Assembly: GCA_031273805.1 (NCBI GenBank) | Contig: JAISRE010000004.1 | Span: 2,103 to 66,102 of the forward strand | Direction of reading: 5' to 3' | DNA length: 64,000 nucleotides | From: Synergistaceae bacterium | GTDB lineage: Bacteria > Synergistota > Synergistia > Synergistales > Synergistaceae | Shown here: one piece after another, positions 37,456 through 46,861 of the stretch | Position numbering within the stretch: the stretch's first letter is position 1 | How the letters are laid out: each line of letters begins with the position of its first letter | Translations under genes and position numbers: made by a program | The notes under the pieces: generated by a model | What the model was told of the DNA's origin: nothing | What the model saw: only the letters and a program-made list of their open reading frames with translations | Database searches by the model: none

Positions 37456-38826
37456 ATGCGAGTAAAATTTTTTCAGCTAATCACCAACTATTATTTCCTC
37501 TCATTTTTAACACTGTGCCTCGGATTGATTTTCGGAGAATGCAAAAAAATGGGAAAACTGCGATTTGGAATAAGCGGGCCTCTCTTTATCGGGATATTCG
37601 GCGGCTGGGCGGTATTTGCTCTGGCGCTTACCGTTGCGCCGGGAGATCCGGTCTATCCCGCAGTTCAGACAATGATCAAAAATAACGTGGTCCCATCCAA
37701 TATACAGATGTTCATGCTGACGCTTTTTATAGCGGCCACCGGGCTTCTGGCGTCCCGCGATCTTCGTATCGTTCTGAAAAAATATGGATTGAAATTTGTC
37801 GTTCTCGGCGTGACGATAACGGCAATCGGCGCCGGCATGTCGTATCTATGGGGAGTGAGAGGATTGCCTGATGGAAATAGGTACAAGGCGTCAGGCATCT
37901 ACGCCGGAGCGCTCACGAGCTCCCTTGGCCTTGGAACCGCGCTGGAGTCGAGCGCAGGGGACGCGGCTATGAGGGCGGGACGGTATGAAGAAATGACCCG
38001 CGATGAGCAGGAGGCGCTGCTGATAATGATAGACCCGTCCGGGAAACTGACTCCGGAGAACTCCCATACGATTACGGGCGACCAGGTGAACTCGCTCACC
38101 ATAGCGGCCAGCGCGGATGTGGGCATGGCTTACGCCGTGTCATATCCATTCGGCCTGATATCGGTCATCCTGGGGATGATGTTCATTCCGAAAATATTCC
38201 GCATAGACTGCGCCAAGGAGCTGGAAAAGCACAGGTACGAGATGAATTACATACGGCAGACTGAGCCGCCGGAAAACGTGGAGGAGGTCTACTTTGATTT
38301 CAAATCGTTCGCACTGGTCTGCGCCATCGGGTATATCGCCGGAGCTGTGGAGATCCCCTTGGGAAGAGTGGGCACATTCAGCCTAGGGTCGACCGGCGGA
38401 GTATTCATATCCGCCGCAGTGTTTGGGTGCATCGGAAATCTTGGCCCGTTCAGCTTCAGAATGGCGGGCAACTCCATCAACGCGCTAAGAGATCTGTCGC
38501 TCGCAACATACCTGGGAATGGTCGGCCTGACCTACGGATACCGGGTGGTCAACGCTCTGGCCGGCTCCGGCGTCTGGTATGCCCTGGCGTCACTGACGGT
38601 CGGAATATCGTGCGTGTTTTGCGGTTTTTTAATCGGTCACTATCTTCTGAAGATCAATTGGATTCTCTTATCCGGGGGTATCTGCGGCGGAATGACGTCG
38701 AACCCGGGGCTTGGGGTCGCAAGCAATGTAATAGGCAGCAACGACCCCGCCGCCGGCTACGCCGCAGCATACCCGTTCGCCACTGCGGGGATGGTGCTAT
38801 ATACCTTGCTGATATACAGCGCCTGA
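37456..38826 (+). CDS. integral membrane transporter, possibly AspT/YidE/YbjL-type (duplicated Asp-Al_Ex-like halves)
   Basis: About 456 aa and polytopic. Both N- and C-terminal halves begin with an L..G..FG......G.LGS.GG.FI-like pattern. ATG at 37456 follows GAAGGGGGA. Confidence 0.45.
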   Translation: MRVKFFQLITNYYFLSFLTLCLGLIFGECKKMGKLRFGISGPLFIGIFGGWAVFALALTVAPGDPVYPAVQTMIKNNVVPSNIQMFMLTLFIAATGLLASRDLRIVLKKYGLKFVVLGVTITAIGAGMSYLWGVRGLPDGNRYKASGIYAGALTSSLGLGTALESSAGDAAMRAGRYEEMTRDEQEALLIMIDPSGKLTPENSHTITGDQVNSLTIAASADVGMAYAVSYPFGLISVILGMMFIPKIFRIDCAKELEKHRYEMNYIRQTEPPENVEEVYFDFKSFALVCAIGYIAGAVEIPLGRVGTFSLGSTGGVFISAAVFGCIGNLGPFSFRMAGNSINALRDLSLATYLGMVGLTYGYRVVNALAGSGVWYALASLTVGISCVFCGFLIGHYLLKINWILLSGGICGGMTSNPGLGVASNVIGSNDPAAGYAAAYPFATAGMVLYTLLIYSA

Positions 38827-38844
38827 GCCACAAAGACGGATTTT

Positions 38845-38878
38845 GCATACTCCCCTCGATGAAGCAGGGGGAGTATGC
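38845..38878. terminator. 12-bp-stem hairpin between convergent genes (putative bidirectional terminator)
   Basis: GCATACTCCCCT and AGGGGAGTATGC pair with a 10-nt loop. There is no clear U-tract. Confidence 0.45.
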
Positions 38879-38888
38879 AACTGAATGT

Positions 38889-40541
38889 TTATCGGGCCTT
38901 GCGTTTTATCAGCATGGCCGATACAAAGACAGCCATTAACGAACCAAATCCGGCGGAGCAACCGCCGCCGCCGCCGCTGGAACTCGGGTTATTTGGACTG
39001 TCAACGACCGTTATTTCGGCGAACCTCGACCACTTTGTCGAACCGCGCGCAGTGGTCAAGCCCGACTTCTGCCATTCGTACGCCACCCGCCAGATGTATT
39101 TGCCATTCGACAGGCGGCGAGCGACCTTGTGCGTGTTGCCTGAATCGGTGTTATAGCCCACGTAGACCGAAGAGTCGCCGTCAACCAGATAAATAACCCA
39201 TGTGCTGCCGGTGATGACATACCCATTCGGCAAAGTCGGCAGAGAGGACTTCAGCAGGATATCGTCCGGTCGGAACTCCGCGCCATTGTCCGCAGCCGCG
39301 TCTGGAACAGAATCGCCGATAGCGTCGGCGCCGGTCTGAGCAAATATGGCAATGCGCTGGAAGGCGTCGCCGCTGTCAGTGTAGCTCCGAGAGTACTTCA
39401 GGTGTATGTTGCCCTGTCCGTCAAGATGGGCGCCTGAAAAGGATCTCCAGTTTGATCCGTCGCCCGCTTTATAAAAGAACTCCTCGATAGGTCTCTCAGT
39501 ACCATCGTCATCGAACCAAGTCTGTATAATACCATCCTTGTAGTTCCCGGTGGCGGGGTCAAACTCCCTGAAACTCAGAACTTCGTCGGGTAAGCTCCCG
39601 TTATACTCACTTACGAGTCTTCCGTATCGATCAATTCCGAGGGTTTTTAAGTTACCGCTGCTCCAGCCCGGAATTTCACTGGCCTGATTGTAGTAGGACA
39701 ATTCTCCTGACGTCGATATGTCTTTTTCAAAAAACCACCAGGGCGTATTAAAGTAATCATACCTTGAGGTATCGTAAAATGTCCTCCTCACAGTCAACCA
39801 TACTTTGGCGGTCGAAGCCTCATAAATAACCCAATAACCGTCATCCTCCTCCCCTATGTGGTAATAGTCATCTTCCCATTCTTGCGGCAGCGTAGCGGTC
39901 CACGACCTGATTGGTTCAGTGCCTCCATCGAACGAGAAGAGCCCGATCCTAACGCCCAGATTCGCGTCGGGCTCAGAGCAGAGCAGAAATTGATCGGGAT
40001 CGTCGGCAAGTGTGAATGATCTGAAGACAAACGGCGTCCCCTCGAAAGAAAAAGTTTTTTTCACGGCCCCAGTCGCCCCGCGCTCCAGTGGCAGACGATA
40101 GACGCTGTTGTCGTCGTCAACGAGCTTATAGTACACGTAGGACGCGTCTCTGTCTGAAGTGACCTCAAATGAGTTGACATTGCCGTTTATAGTTATGAAC
40201 GGGTTCGTTTTGTTCTCAGGGCCGTAATTTTCAAATATATAGGACGTGGTAGCGTCAGAGTTCTTCTTGAGGTAATAATACTGCCCCTGCCAGTCAACAG
40301 ACGGCCCTTCCAAACGACTGTCCGGACCGCTGTCGTAATTGTAGAGAATCTGGTCGAAACCGTTATTAGCTCCCCTGAAGATCGGAGCTTTGCGGGCCGG
40401 CGCCTCTGCCCCGGATTTGCCCACAGCCGCCTCGCTAAAAAACCAGGACGCGTCCGCCGACTGTCCGTACGTGAGACAGAGCAGAGCCGCTAACAATAGG
40501 ATAACAGGGATGACGCGATATATTTTCTTCGCACGCAACAT
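38889..40541 (-). CDS. secreted protein of unknown function with Synergist-CTERM-like sorting signal
   Basis: 550 aa with a signal peptide (LLLAALLCLTYGQSADA), an aromatic/Asp/Gly-rich body with no family recognised, and the C-terminus SSSGGGGGCSAGFGSLMAVFVSAMLIKRKAR. Confidence 0.7.
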   Translation of the reverse strand: MLRAKKIYRVIPVILLLAALLCLTYGQSADASWFFSEAAVGKSGAEAPARKAPIFRGANNGFDQILYNYDSGPDSRLEGPSVDWQGQYYYLKKNSDATTSYIFENYGPENKTNPFITINGNVNSFEVTSDRDASYVYYKLVDDDNSVYRLPLERGATGAVKKTFSFEGTPFVFRSFTLADDPDQFLLCSEPDANLGVRIGLFSFDGGTEPIRSWTATLPQEWEDDYYHIGEEDDGYWVIYEASTAKVWLTVRRTFYDTSRYDYFNTPWWFFEKDISTSGELSYYNQASEIPGWSSGNLKTLGIDRYGRLVSEYNGSLPDEVLSFREFDPATGNYKDGIIQTWFDDDGTERPIEEFFYKAGDGSNWRSFSGAHLDGQGNIHLKYSRSYTDSGDAFQRIAIFAQTGADAIGDSVPDAAADNGAEFRPDDILLKSSLPTLPNGYVITGSTWVIYLVDGDSSVYVGYNTDSGNTHKVARRLSNGKYIWRVAYEWQKSGLTTARGSTKWSRFAEITVVDSPNNPSSSGGGGGCSAGFGSLMAVFVSAMLIKRKAR

Positions 40542-40876
40542 CTAAAACCTCCTCAATTAATGTAGTCCGGGGCGCTATTCCTCCGCCCACCTCCTGCCGA
40601 CTCAAGTTGTGTAAACCTTGGGCCCAGATATAACGCAAAAATAACGCCTACTGCAGCAAAACATCAGCTCCCTGTCCGGAATACCACCTCCCTCATCTCC
40701 CATATCGGCGCGCGGCACGGCACGCACAGGCATGCCTCATTAGAAGCCGCGCACATAGACGAAAAAACTATATTTATTTTTTTGCCTGTATGATTTATTC
40801 GGGAGTTGAAGCCGGTATCGCGAGCCGACGCCCTTCGGGCGTCCGGCTGGACTAAAAAATTACCTAAGAGGGAGAG

Positions 40877-40898
40877 TGCTTGCTTGCTTGCTTGCTTG
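40877..40898. repeat. tetranucleotide microsatellite (TGCT)x5
   Basis: TGCTTGCTTGCTTGCTTGCTTG lies in the 650-bp noncoding region upstream of the CTERM protein gene. Confidence 0.85.
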
Positions 40899-41046
40899 GA
40901 TCATGCGCGGCCATCTTTAGTGATATATCAGTAAGAACCACGTTTCCCCACCTCAACTAACGTAAGTTTTAAAAACATAACTAACGTTAGCACATTCCCC
41001 GCCCAACGACAAGCCGTCAAATATGATATGATTGACGCGGACTCTA

Positions 41047-41077
41047 TCGTCCCCCTGCTTGACCGGAGGACGACAGA
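41047..41077. repeat. repeat family B hairpin, variant copy
   Basis: TCGTCCCCCTGCTTGACCGGAGGACGACAGA. It shares CTTGACCGGAGGAC with the other copies and keeps the extended right arm. Confidence 0.5.
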
Positions 41078-41193
41078 ATAAAGATGCGGGCTGACCGTGA
41101 GCGCCACCCCATAAGCGCTAATTTAAATAGGGAAATATATTACTCCGTTAATGCTTATGGGGTGGAACCTCGGTCTTGAAGCTGGAGTTTATC

Positions 41194-43113
41194 TCACAAA
41201 AGCAGTTTTTCTATCGTGTGCGTAAAATCTCTTCCATTTGCCACGACCTCTCCGTCCGCTATAGAGGCGAGACCTGTTATCAGCGCGGCCCATTCTCCGA
41301 TATTCCCAGGCTCATCAACATGCTCCTCGACTCGCGAGGCAATTTTTTGAATCAGTGGGTGCGCAGGGTTGATTTCTAGTACCCGCTGCTCGGGCGGCGC
41401 GTCCTGTCCCATGGACTTGAAGAAGTTTCTCATCTGCGGGGAGATCGCGTCGCCCTTCTGGACAAACGTTGCGGGGGAGTCCACCAGCCTTGACGATAGC
41501 CTGACGTCCTCGATCTTTACGCCCAAATCCATGCCGGAAACAGCCTCCTTCACGCGCGAGAGAAAACCGCTCTCCTCCAGCTTCTTTGCCTCAGCGCGAT
41601 TGCTGCTTGCCTGTCCGCCGCCCTCTATTTCGATATCGGCAGCGGACGCGGACACGAACGGATGCCCCTCAAACTCAGACGCGGCCGCGACCCAGATCTC
41701 GTCGACCGGGTCGCCTAGCAGCAGAACATCCAGCCCGCGCTCTGAAAACGCCTCCAGCTTCGGGGAGTCGGCAAGGACGGCAGACTTCGCTCCGGAGAGG
41801 TAGTATATGCTCTTCTGCCCGTCATTCATCGCGGCCACATAACTTTCGAGGCTTGTTCTCCCGCTCTTCGAGCTGGAGAACAAGCCGAGGCTCATTATGG
41901 ACTCCCGGTTCTTTGCGTCGGAGATTATTCCCTCTTTCAAAACCTCCCCGAACTTATCCCAGAATTTCGCGTACTCCTCCGGTCTCTCCTGTTTCATCTT
42001 TTTGAGTGTGTCCAGCACCTTGCGGGTGAGGCTCCGCTTTATCATCGCGGTCTGCCTGTCCTGCTGCAAAATCTCGCGCGACACGTTGAGCGGCAGGTCC
42101 TCGGAGTCAACCACGCCCCGCACGAAACGCAGGTACTCCGGTATGAGATCACGGCAGTCGCTCATGATGAACACGCGGCGTATGTAAAGCTGTATCCCGT
42201 GAGCGCCGTCCCGGTAATACAGGTCGAACGGAGGACGAGAGGGAATATAGAGAAGGGCGTGGAACTCGTTCGTTCCCTCAGCCTTATACACGATTCGCTC
42301 CATCGGGTCCTCCCAGTCATGGGTGATATGCCTGTAGAACTCCTTATACTCATCATCCGAAACGGACGCCTCAGGGCGAATCCAGAGGGCCTTCATGGAG
42401 TTCACCGGCTCAGGCGGCGCGCCCCCCTCGCCATCCTTCTTGTCATCGGAGTCCTTGAGATAGATCGGGTGTGAGACGAAGTCGGAGTATTTCTTTATTA
42501 TCTCCCGCAGAGTCCACGACGAGAGGTAGTCCTTGGAATCGGCGCCGGAATCCTCGTCCGACTCAGCCCGATCCCTCAGGTACAGGGTTACGTCCGTGCC
42601 GCACTCCGCCCTGAGACCGGGTTCTATGGTGTATGTTCCGTCTCCGGTGGAGTCCCACAGCCACGATTCGTCAGAGCCGAATCGGCGAGTCTCGACAGTG
42701 ACCCTGCCGGCGACGATGAAGCTGGAGTAGAAACCCACGCCGAACTGACCTATAAGCTCGCCGTTTCCACTCGACATCTCCCGCATCGCGTGAATAAACT
42801 CCTTCGTTCCGCTGCGAGCTATCGTCCCAAGGAACGAAACCAGCTCATCGCGCGACATCCCTATCCCATTGTCCGAGACCGTAATGGTCCTTCTCCGCTT
42901 GTCCGTCAGAACCGTTATCTGCGCGGGTGCAATGGACTCCGACTCATGATCTGAGCTCAGGTTCTCTATTCTCAGCTTGTCGAGCGCGTCAGACGCGTTC
43001 GATATCAGCTCCCGCAAAAAAATATCCGGGTTTGAGTAGACGGAGTGAATCATTAAATCCAATACCTGCTTTGCCTCGCTTTGGAACTCCATTTTTTCTG
43101 CACTGTTTGTCAT
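41194..43113 (-). CDS. htpG: molecular chaperone HtpG (Hsp90)
   Basis: 639 aa, FQSEAKQVLDLMIHSVYSNPDIFLRELISNASDALDK...GQFGVGFYSSF. Confidence 0.95.
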   Translation of the reverse strand: MTNSAEKMEFQSEAKQVLDLMIHSVYSNPDIFLRELISNASDALDKLRIENLSSDHESESIAPAQITVLTDKRRRTITVSDNGIGMSRDELVSFLGTIARSGTKEFIHAMREMSSGNGELIGQFGVGFYSSFIVAGRVTVETRRFGSDESWLWDSTGDGTYTIEPGLRAECGTDVTLYLRDRAESDEDSGADSKDYLSSWTLREIIKKYSDFVSHPIYLKDSDDKKDGEGGAPPEPVNSMKALWIRPEASVSDDEYKEFYRHITHDWEDPMERIVYKAEGTNEFHALLYIPSRPPFDLYYRDGAHGIQLYIRRVFIMSDCRDLIPEYLRFVRGVVDSEDLPLNVSREILQQDRQTAMIKRSLTRKVLDTLKKMKQERPEEYAKFWDKFGEVLKEGIISDAKNRESIMSLGLFSSSKSGRTSLESYVAAMNDGQKSIYYLSGAKSAVLADSPKLEAFSERGLDVLLLGDPVDEIWVAAASEFEGHPFVSASAADIEIEGGGQASSNRAEAKKLEESGFLSRVKEAVSGMDLGVKIEDVRLSSRLVDSPATFVQKGDAISPQMRNFFKSMGQDAPPEQRVLEINPAHPLIQKIASRVEEHVDEPGNIGEWAALITGLASIADGEVVANGRDFTHTIEKLLL

Positions 43114-43260
43114 TTAGTATCCTCCCCTATAGGAATCCCTAGTTGGATGATTATAACAAGCAAGGTCAAGCAAAGTCAAATATCTTATTATGTCTCAAAA
43201 CAAGTATAATGAATCTTTGTCATTAGGATATATTTTTATGATGTTTGAGGGGGCGCTTAT

Positions 43261-44433
43261 ATGGATTACGGGGCCGAAGCGGTAAAGATGCATCGCAAAT
43301 GGAGGGGGAAGATGGAGACCATCCCCAAGATATCGGTCAAGACAAAGGACGACCTTTCGATAGCCTACACCCCCGGCGTGGCTGAACCCTGTCTGGAGAT
43401 ACAGAGAGACCCCAGCCAGATTTACGAGCTGACAGGCCGATGGAACACTGTCGCTGTTGTCACCGACGGCACCGCCGTTCTCGGGCTGGGCGATATCGGT
43501 CCTGAGGCGGGCATGCCCGTGATGGAGGGCAAGTGCGTGCTCTTCAAGGCCTTCGGAGGCGTGGACGCCATCCCCCTCTGCATCCGCTCCAAAGATGTGG
43601 ACGAAATTGTGAACACAATAGCCCTCCTGGCCGGCAGCTTCGGCGGCATAAACCTGGAGGACATCTCCTCCCCCCGCTGCTTCGAGATCGAGCGCAAGCT
43701 CAAGGAGCGCGCGGACATACCGATTTTTCACGATGACCAGCACGGCACCGCAGTAGTCACCCTTGCGGCACTGGTCAACGCGCTGAAGATAGTCGGCAAG
43801 GACATAAGGGAGATCAGCGTGGTCACGTGCGGGGCGGGCGCCGCAGGTATCGCCATCGTAAAGCTGCTGATGGACGCAGGCTTAAAAGATGTCGTGATGT
43901 ACGACATACAGGGAGCTATTTACAGGGGACGCGACGGGCTCAACGCGGAGACGCGCGCGATGGCGGAGATATCGAACAAATCGATGCAGCGAGGCGGCAT
44001 CGGGGAGGCGCTCAGGGGGGCCGACGTATTTATAGGCGTCTCCGGCCCAGGCGCAATAACGGCGGATATGGTCCGCTGCATGGCGCCTGGCGCGATACTG
44101 TTCCCGATGGCCAACCCAACGCCCGAGATCATGCCGGACCTCGCGATAGAGGCGGGCGCCGCTGTCGTCGGCACCGGCCGCAGTGATTTTCCCAACCAAA
44201 TCAACAATGCCCTGGCATTCCCAGGCATATTCCGTGGGGCGTTCGACGTCCGCGCAAGCGACATAAACAACGAGATGAAGATAGCCGCCGCCTACGCGCT
44301 GGCAAATCTGATACCGGATGACGAACTGAGAGCGGATTACATAATCCCAGCCGCATTCGACCCACGTGTCAGGGACGCCGTCGCGACCGCAGTAGCTGAC
44401 GCCGCGAGGAGAAGCGGGGTAGCCCGCATATAA
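43261..44433 (+). CDS. NAD(P)-dependent malic enzyme (short form)
   Basis: 390 aa, DLSIAYTPGVAEPC...VAVVTDGTAVLGLGDIGPEAGMPVMEGK...FHDDQHGTA...CGAGAAG. Confidence 0.9.
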   Translation: MDYGAEAVKMHRKWRGKMETIPKISVKTKDDLSIAYTPGVAEPCLEIQRDPSQIYELTGRWNTVAVVTDGTAVLGLGDIGPEAGMPVMEGKCVLFKAFGGVDAIPLCIRSKDVDEIVNTIALLAGSFGGINLEDISSPRCFEIERKLKERADIPIFHDDQHGTAVVTLAALVNALKIVGKDIREISVVTCGAGAAGIAIVKLLMDAGLKDVVMYDIQGAIYRGRDGLNAETRAMAEISNKSMQRGGIGEALRGADVFIGVSGPGAITADMVRCMAPGAILFPMANPTPEIMPDLAIEAGAAVVGTGRSDFPNQINNALAFPGIFRGAFDVRASDINNEMKIAAAYALANLIPDDELRADYIIPAAFDPRVRDAVATAVADAARRSGVARI

Positions 44434-44449
44434 TCGTAATCCGCGAGAC

Positions 44450-44494
44450 GAGGCGTCGCGCGCCGCGTTATATCCGCGCGGCTCACGACGCCTC
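44450..44494. terminator. long GC-rich hairpin between convergent genes
   Basis: GAGGCGTCG and CGACGCCTC are the outer arms, with an inner CGCGCCGCG/CGCGCGGC pairing. A T-run follows 13 nt downstream. Confidence 0.45.
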
Positions 44495-44514
44495 ACGTAC
44501 ATGCCTGAATTTTT

Positions 44515-45777
44515 TTATTTTTCGAAGCCGACGGTCTTGGTCCAGTCGCACATGCTGTGGACATGAGCCTTGGCGCGCTCGAGCCGCTCTCCGGTGAAAC
44601 CCGAGTCTATCTTCTGCGCAATTGCGGCGGCCATGTCAATGGTGCTGGCGGCGTTCTTATCCCAGTCCGGGTCGCCTCGGAAGTCTCGCAGTATGTCGTA
44701 GGTGAGAGTACCGGGTTTGTTCTCCAGCAGCACCTCGCCGATCGCCCGCTCTATCCTGGCGCCCTGCTCATCGAGCCCGAGGTACTCCAGCATCATTTTG
44801 GACGTAAGCAGCATCGCCGACGGGTTGACGCGATACTTATGGGCGTACTTGGGAACAGAGCCGCTCGACGGCTCAAAGAGAGCGGCGCTCTCCCCGATGT
44901 TGCCGCTCGGGGCAAAACCCAGACCGCCCGTGAGTTGGCTCGCCTCATCGGAGAGGATATCGCCGAAGACGTTGCTAGCCACGATGACGCTGTAGTCCTG
45001 AGGATTTTTGATGAGCCACATCGCGGTGGCGTCCGCGTTCTCCTCGATGCCCTTGATCCCGTACTGCTCGTACTCGGCGGCTATCTCCAAAAATATACGC
45101 TTCATCATTCCGTCGGTCTGCCGGATGACGTTGGCCTTGTTGCAGCAGTGAACGGTCTTGCGGCCGGTGCTGCGGGCGTACTCGAACGCGGCGCGTATTA
45201 TCCGGCTGCAGCCCTCCCTGGAGAACACCCTCCAGGAGACCGCTACTTCACTGCTCTTCTTGAAACGCTCCATCCCGGGGTGCAGATCGAAATGTTCGGG
45301 AGGCAGCGGGCAGAACTCCACCGCAGAGTAAAGGTCCTCCGTGTTCTCGCGAAACATAACTACGTCTATCTTTGGATCGCCTTTGAGGGGTGTTCCGATT
45401 CCGGGCAGAGATTTTGCGGGACGTAAATTTATATATAAGTCGAAAAGCTGCCTCATCTGAAGTATGGCGGATTTGAAACCCTTCACGCCCGCCTTCGAGG
45501 TAATCGCCGCCATAAGGGTGGCGTCAGTATTCTTTATGGATTCAACTGTCTCGGGCGGCACAGTGTTGCACCTCGGGTCGCCCTCGCCGAACTTTGCTAT
45601 GGACTTCTCCCACATGCACCAGCCAAGATCCGCGCGCACCCAGTCTATCGGCAGATTCATCGCCTCCAAAACCAGCAGCGCGCCCTCCATCATGTCAAAA
45701 CCGGAGTCGTCCCCGGACATGTAACACACCTTGTAGCGGTCTTTTTTCTCCCTTACCTTCATAACATCACGATGCAC
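44515..45777 (-). CDS. isocitrate/isopropylmalate dehydrogenase family protein
   Basis: 420 aa with MFRENTEDLYS and ASNVFGDILSDEASQLTGGLGFAPSGNIG motifs. GTG at 45777 follows GGGGGA; the ATG at 45762 is an alternative start. Confidence 0.8.
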   Translation of the reverse strand: MHRDVMKVREKKDRYKVCYMSGDDSGFDMMEGALLVLEAMNLPIDWVRADLGWCMWEKSIAKFGEGDPRCNTVPPETVESIKNTDATLMAAITSKAGVKGFKSAILQMRQLFDLYINLRPAKSLPGIGTPLKGDPKIDVVMFRENTEDLYSAVEFCPLPPEHFDLHPGMERFKKSSEVAVSWRVFSREGCSRIIRAAFEYARSTGRKTVHCCNKANVIRQTDGMMKRIFLEIAAEYEQYGIKGIEENADATAMWLIKNPQDYSVIVASNVFGDILSDEASQLTGGLGFAPSGNIGESAALFEPSSGSVPKYAHKYRVNPSAMLLTSKMMLEYLGLDEQGARIERAIGEVLLENKPGTLTYDILRDFRGDPDWDKNAASTIDMAAAIAQKIDSGFTGERLERAKAHVHSMCDWTKTVGFEK

Positions 45778-45845
45778 AGTAAAATCCCCCTCACTCCTAA
45801 TTTATGAGCCTGGGAGGTCGGCGTAGCATGTCGCCTGCGCCCAGG

Positions 45846-46286
45846 TCAATTCTTAAATTCGCCGCACTTTCCGCCCTTGCTGGAGTAATACCCGTTCGAC
45901 ACGTCAAAACGCAGAACACGAAGGCTGCTGGAGTTAACGCCATCTGGAAACAGATGTTTTTTGAGATCATCGTGCCACACCGACTTTTTCGAAGCGGCGT
46001 CATCCAAAATAGTCACATACCCCCAAAGACGGCACTCGGCAACCATACGAGCTCCCAACGCGTACACAACAGCCTTGTTGTCCTTCACCAGCTCGATTAT
46101 CTTGCTGGAATTCAGATCCGTCACAAACCAGATCGTCTCCACTCCTTCAATCTTAGCCGGAGATACAGCCCTGATATTTGGGTGCCCATGAGAACCGTTG
46201 GTTCCCATATAAACTATTTTAGCGCCGGAGAGCATCTTCTCGATCTTTGCCCTCGCTTCTTTGTTGCTAAACTCGCCTGCTTTCAT
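45846..46286 (-). CDS. pyridoxamine 5'-phosphate oxidase-like FMN-binding protein
   Basis: About 146 aa with a split-barrel pattern (IVYMGTNGSHGHPNIRAV...IWFVTDLNSSKIIELVKDNKAVVY). ATG at 46286 follows GGAGGGGA. Confidence 0.6.
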   Translation of the reverse strand: MKAGEFSNKEARAKIEKMLSGAKIVYMGTNGSHGHPNIRAVSPAKIEGVETIWFVTDLNSSKIIELVKDNKAVVYALGARMVAECRLWGYVTILDDAASKKSVWHDDLKKHLFPDGVNSSSLRVLRFDVSNGYYSSKGGKCGEFKN

Positions 46287-46366
46287 ATCGATCCCCTCCA
46301 ATAACTTTAACTTAATGAAGAGGATATTCTATCATATAATACACCATGAACAACAACGTAAAAAAA

Positions 46367-46861
46367 TTACACGAGTCCCAGAGCCTTTTTGACGTGCGGT
46401 ATCAGCCCGCCATCGTTCACCAGACCCTGCACAAACTCGGGATATGGCGGGAACTTTATGGTGCGGTCTCCGACGATGATCTCCCCCCTGTCAAAGTCAA
46501 CCTCGACCTCATCACCAGCCTTCACCAAATCCTGTATCTCGGAACTTATGATTATCGGCAGTCCCTCGTTAAGGCAGTTGCGATAGTGAATACGGGCAAA
46601 GCTGCGCGCTATGATGGCCCCAATTCCGCGCTCCTTGAGACAGATCGCCGCCTGCTCCCGGCTGGAGCCGCAGCCCCAGTTTTTCCCGGCGACTATTATA
46701 TCGCCGGCATGAGCGCTCCTCGTGAACTCCGGATCCAGGTCCTCTAGGGCGTATTTAGCCATCTCGGCGCGATCCTTGATGGTGTAGGTATATTTTCCCG
46801 CGAATATCACATCGGTGTTGACGTCGTCGCCATATTTCCACACTCTTCCCCTGATCTTCAT
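46367..46861 (-). CDS. aconitase-family dehydratase small subunit (LeuD/HacB-like)
   Basis: 164 aa, GRVWKYGDDVNTDVI...GKNWGCGSSREQAAICLK. Confidence 0.85.
   Translation of the reverse strand: MKIRGRVWKYGDDVNTDVIFAGKYTYTIKDRAEMAKYALEDLDPEFTRSAHAGDIIVAGKNWGCGSSREQAAICLKERGIGAIIARSFARIHYRNCLNEGLPIIISSEIQDLVKAGDEVEVDFDRGEIIVGDRTIKFPPYPEFVQGLVNDGGLIPHVKKALGLV

Noticed and set aside
43157-43179. Direct repeat CAAGCAAGGTCAAGCAAAGTCAA upstream of htpG, considered as a heat-shock operator (CIRCE/HAIR-like)
   Set aside because: It is a direct repeat, not an inverted one, and does not match the CIRCE consensus TTAGCACTC-N9-GAGTGCTAA. There is too little evidence for a call.
43195-44502. Several minus-strand ORFs (43195-43743, 43882-44502, 43920-44270)
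   Set aside because: All are antisense to the clearly homologous malic enzyme gene.
44557-45426. 289-aa plus-strand ORF
   Set aside because: It is antisense to the IDH-family dehydrogenase gene.
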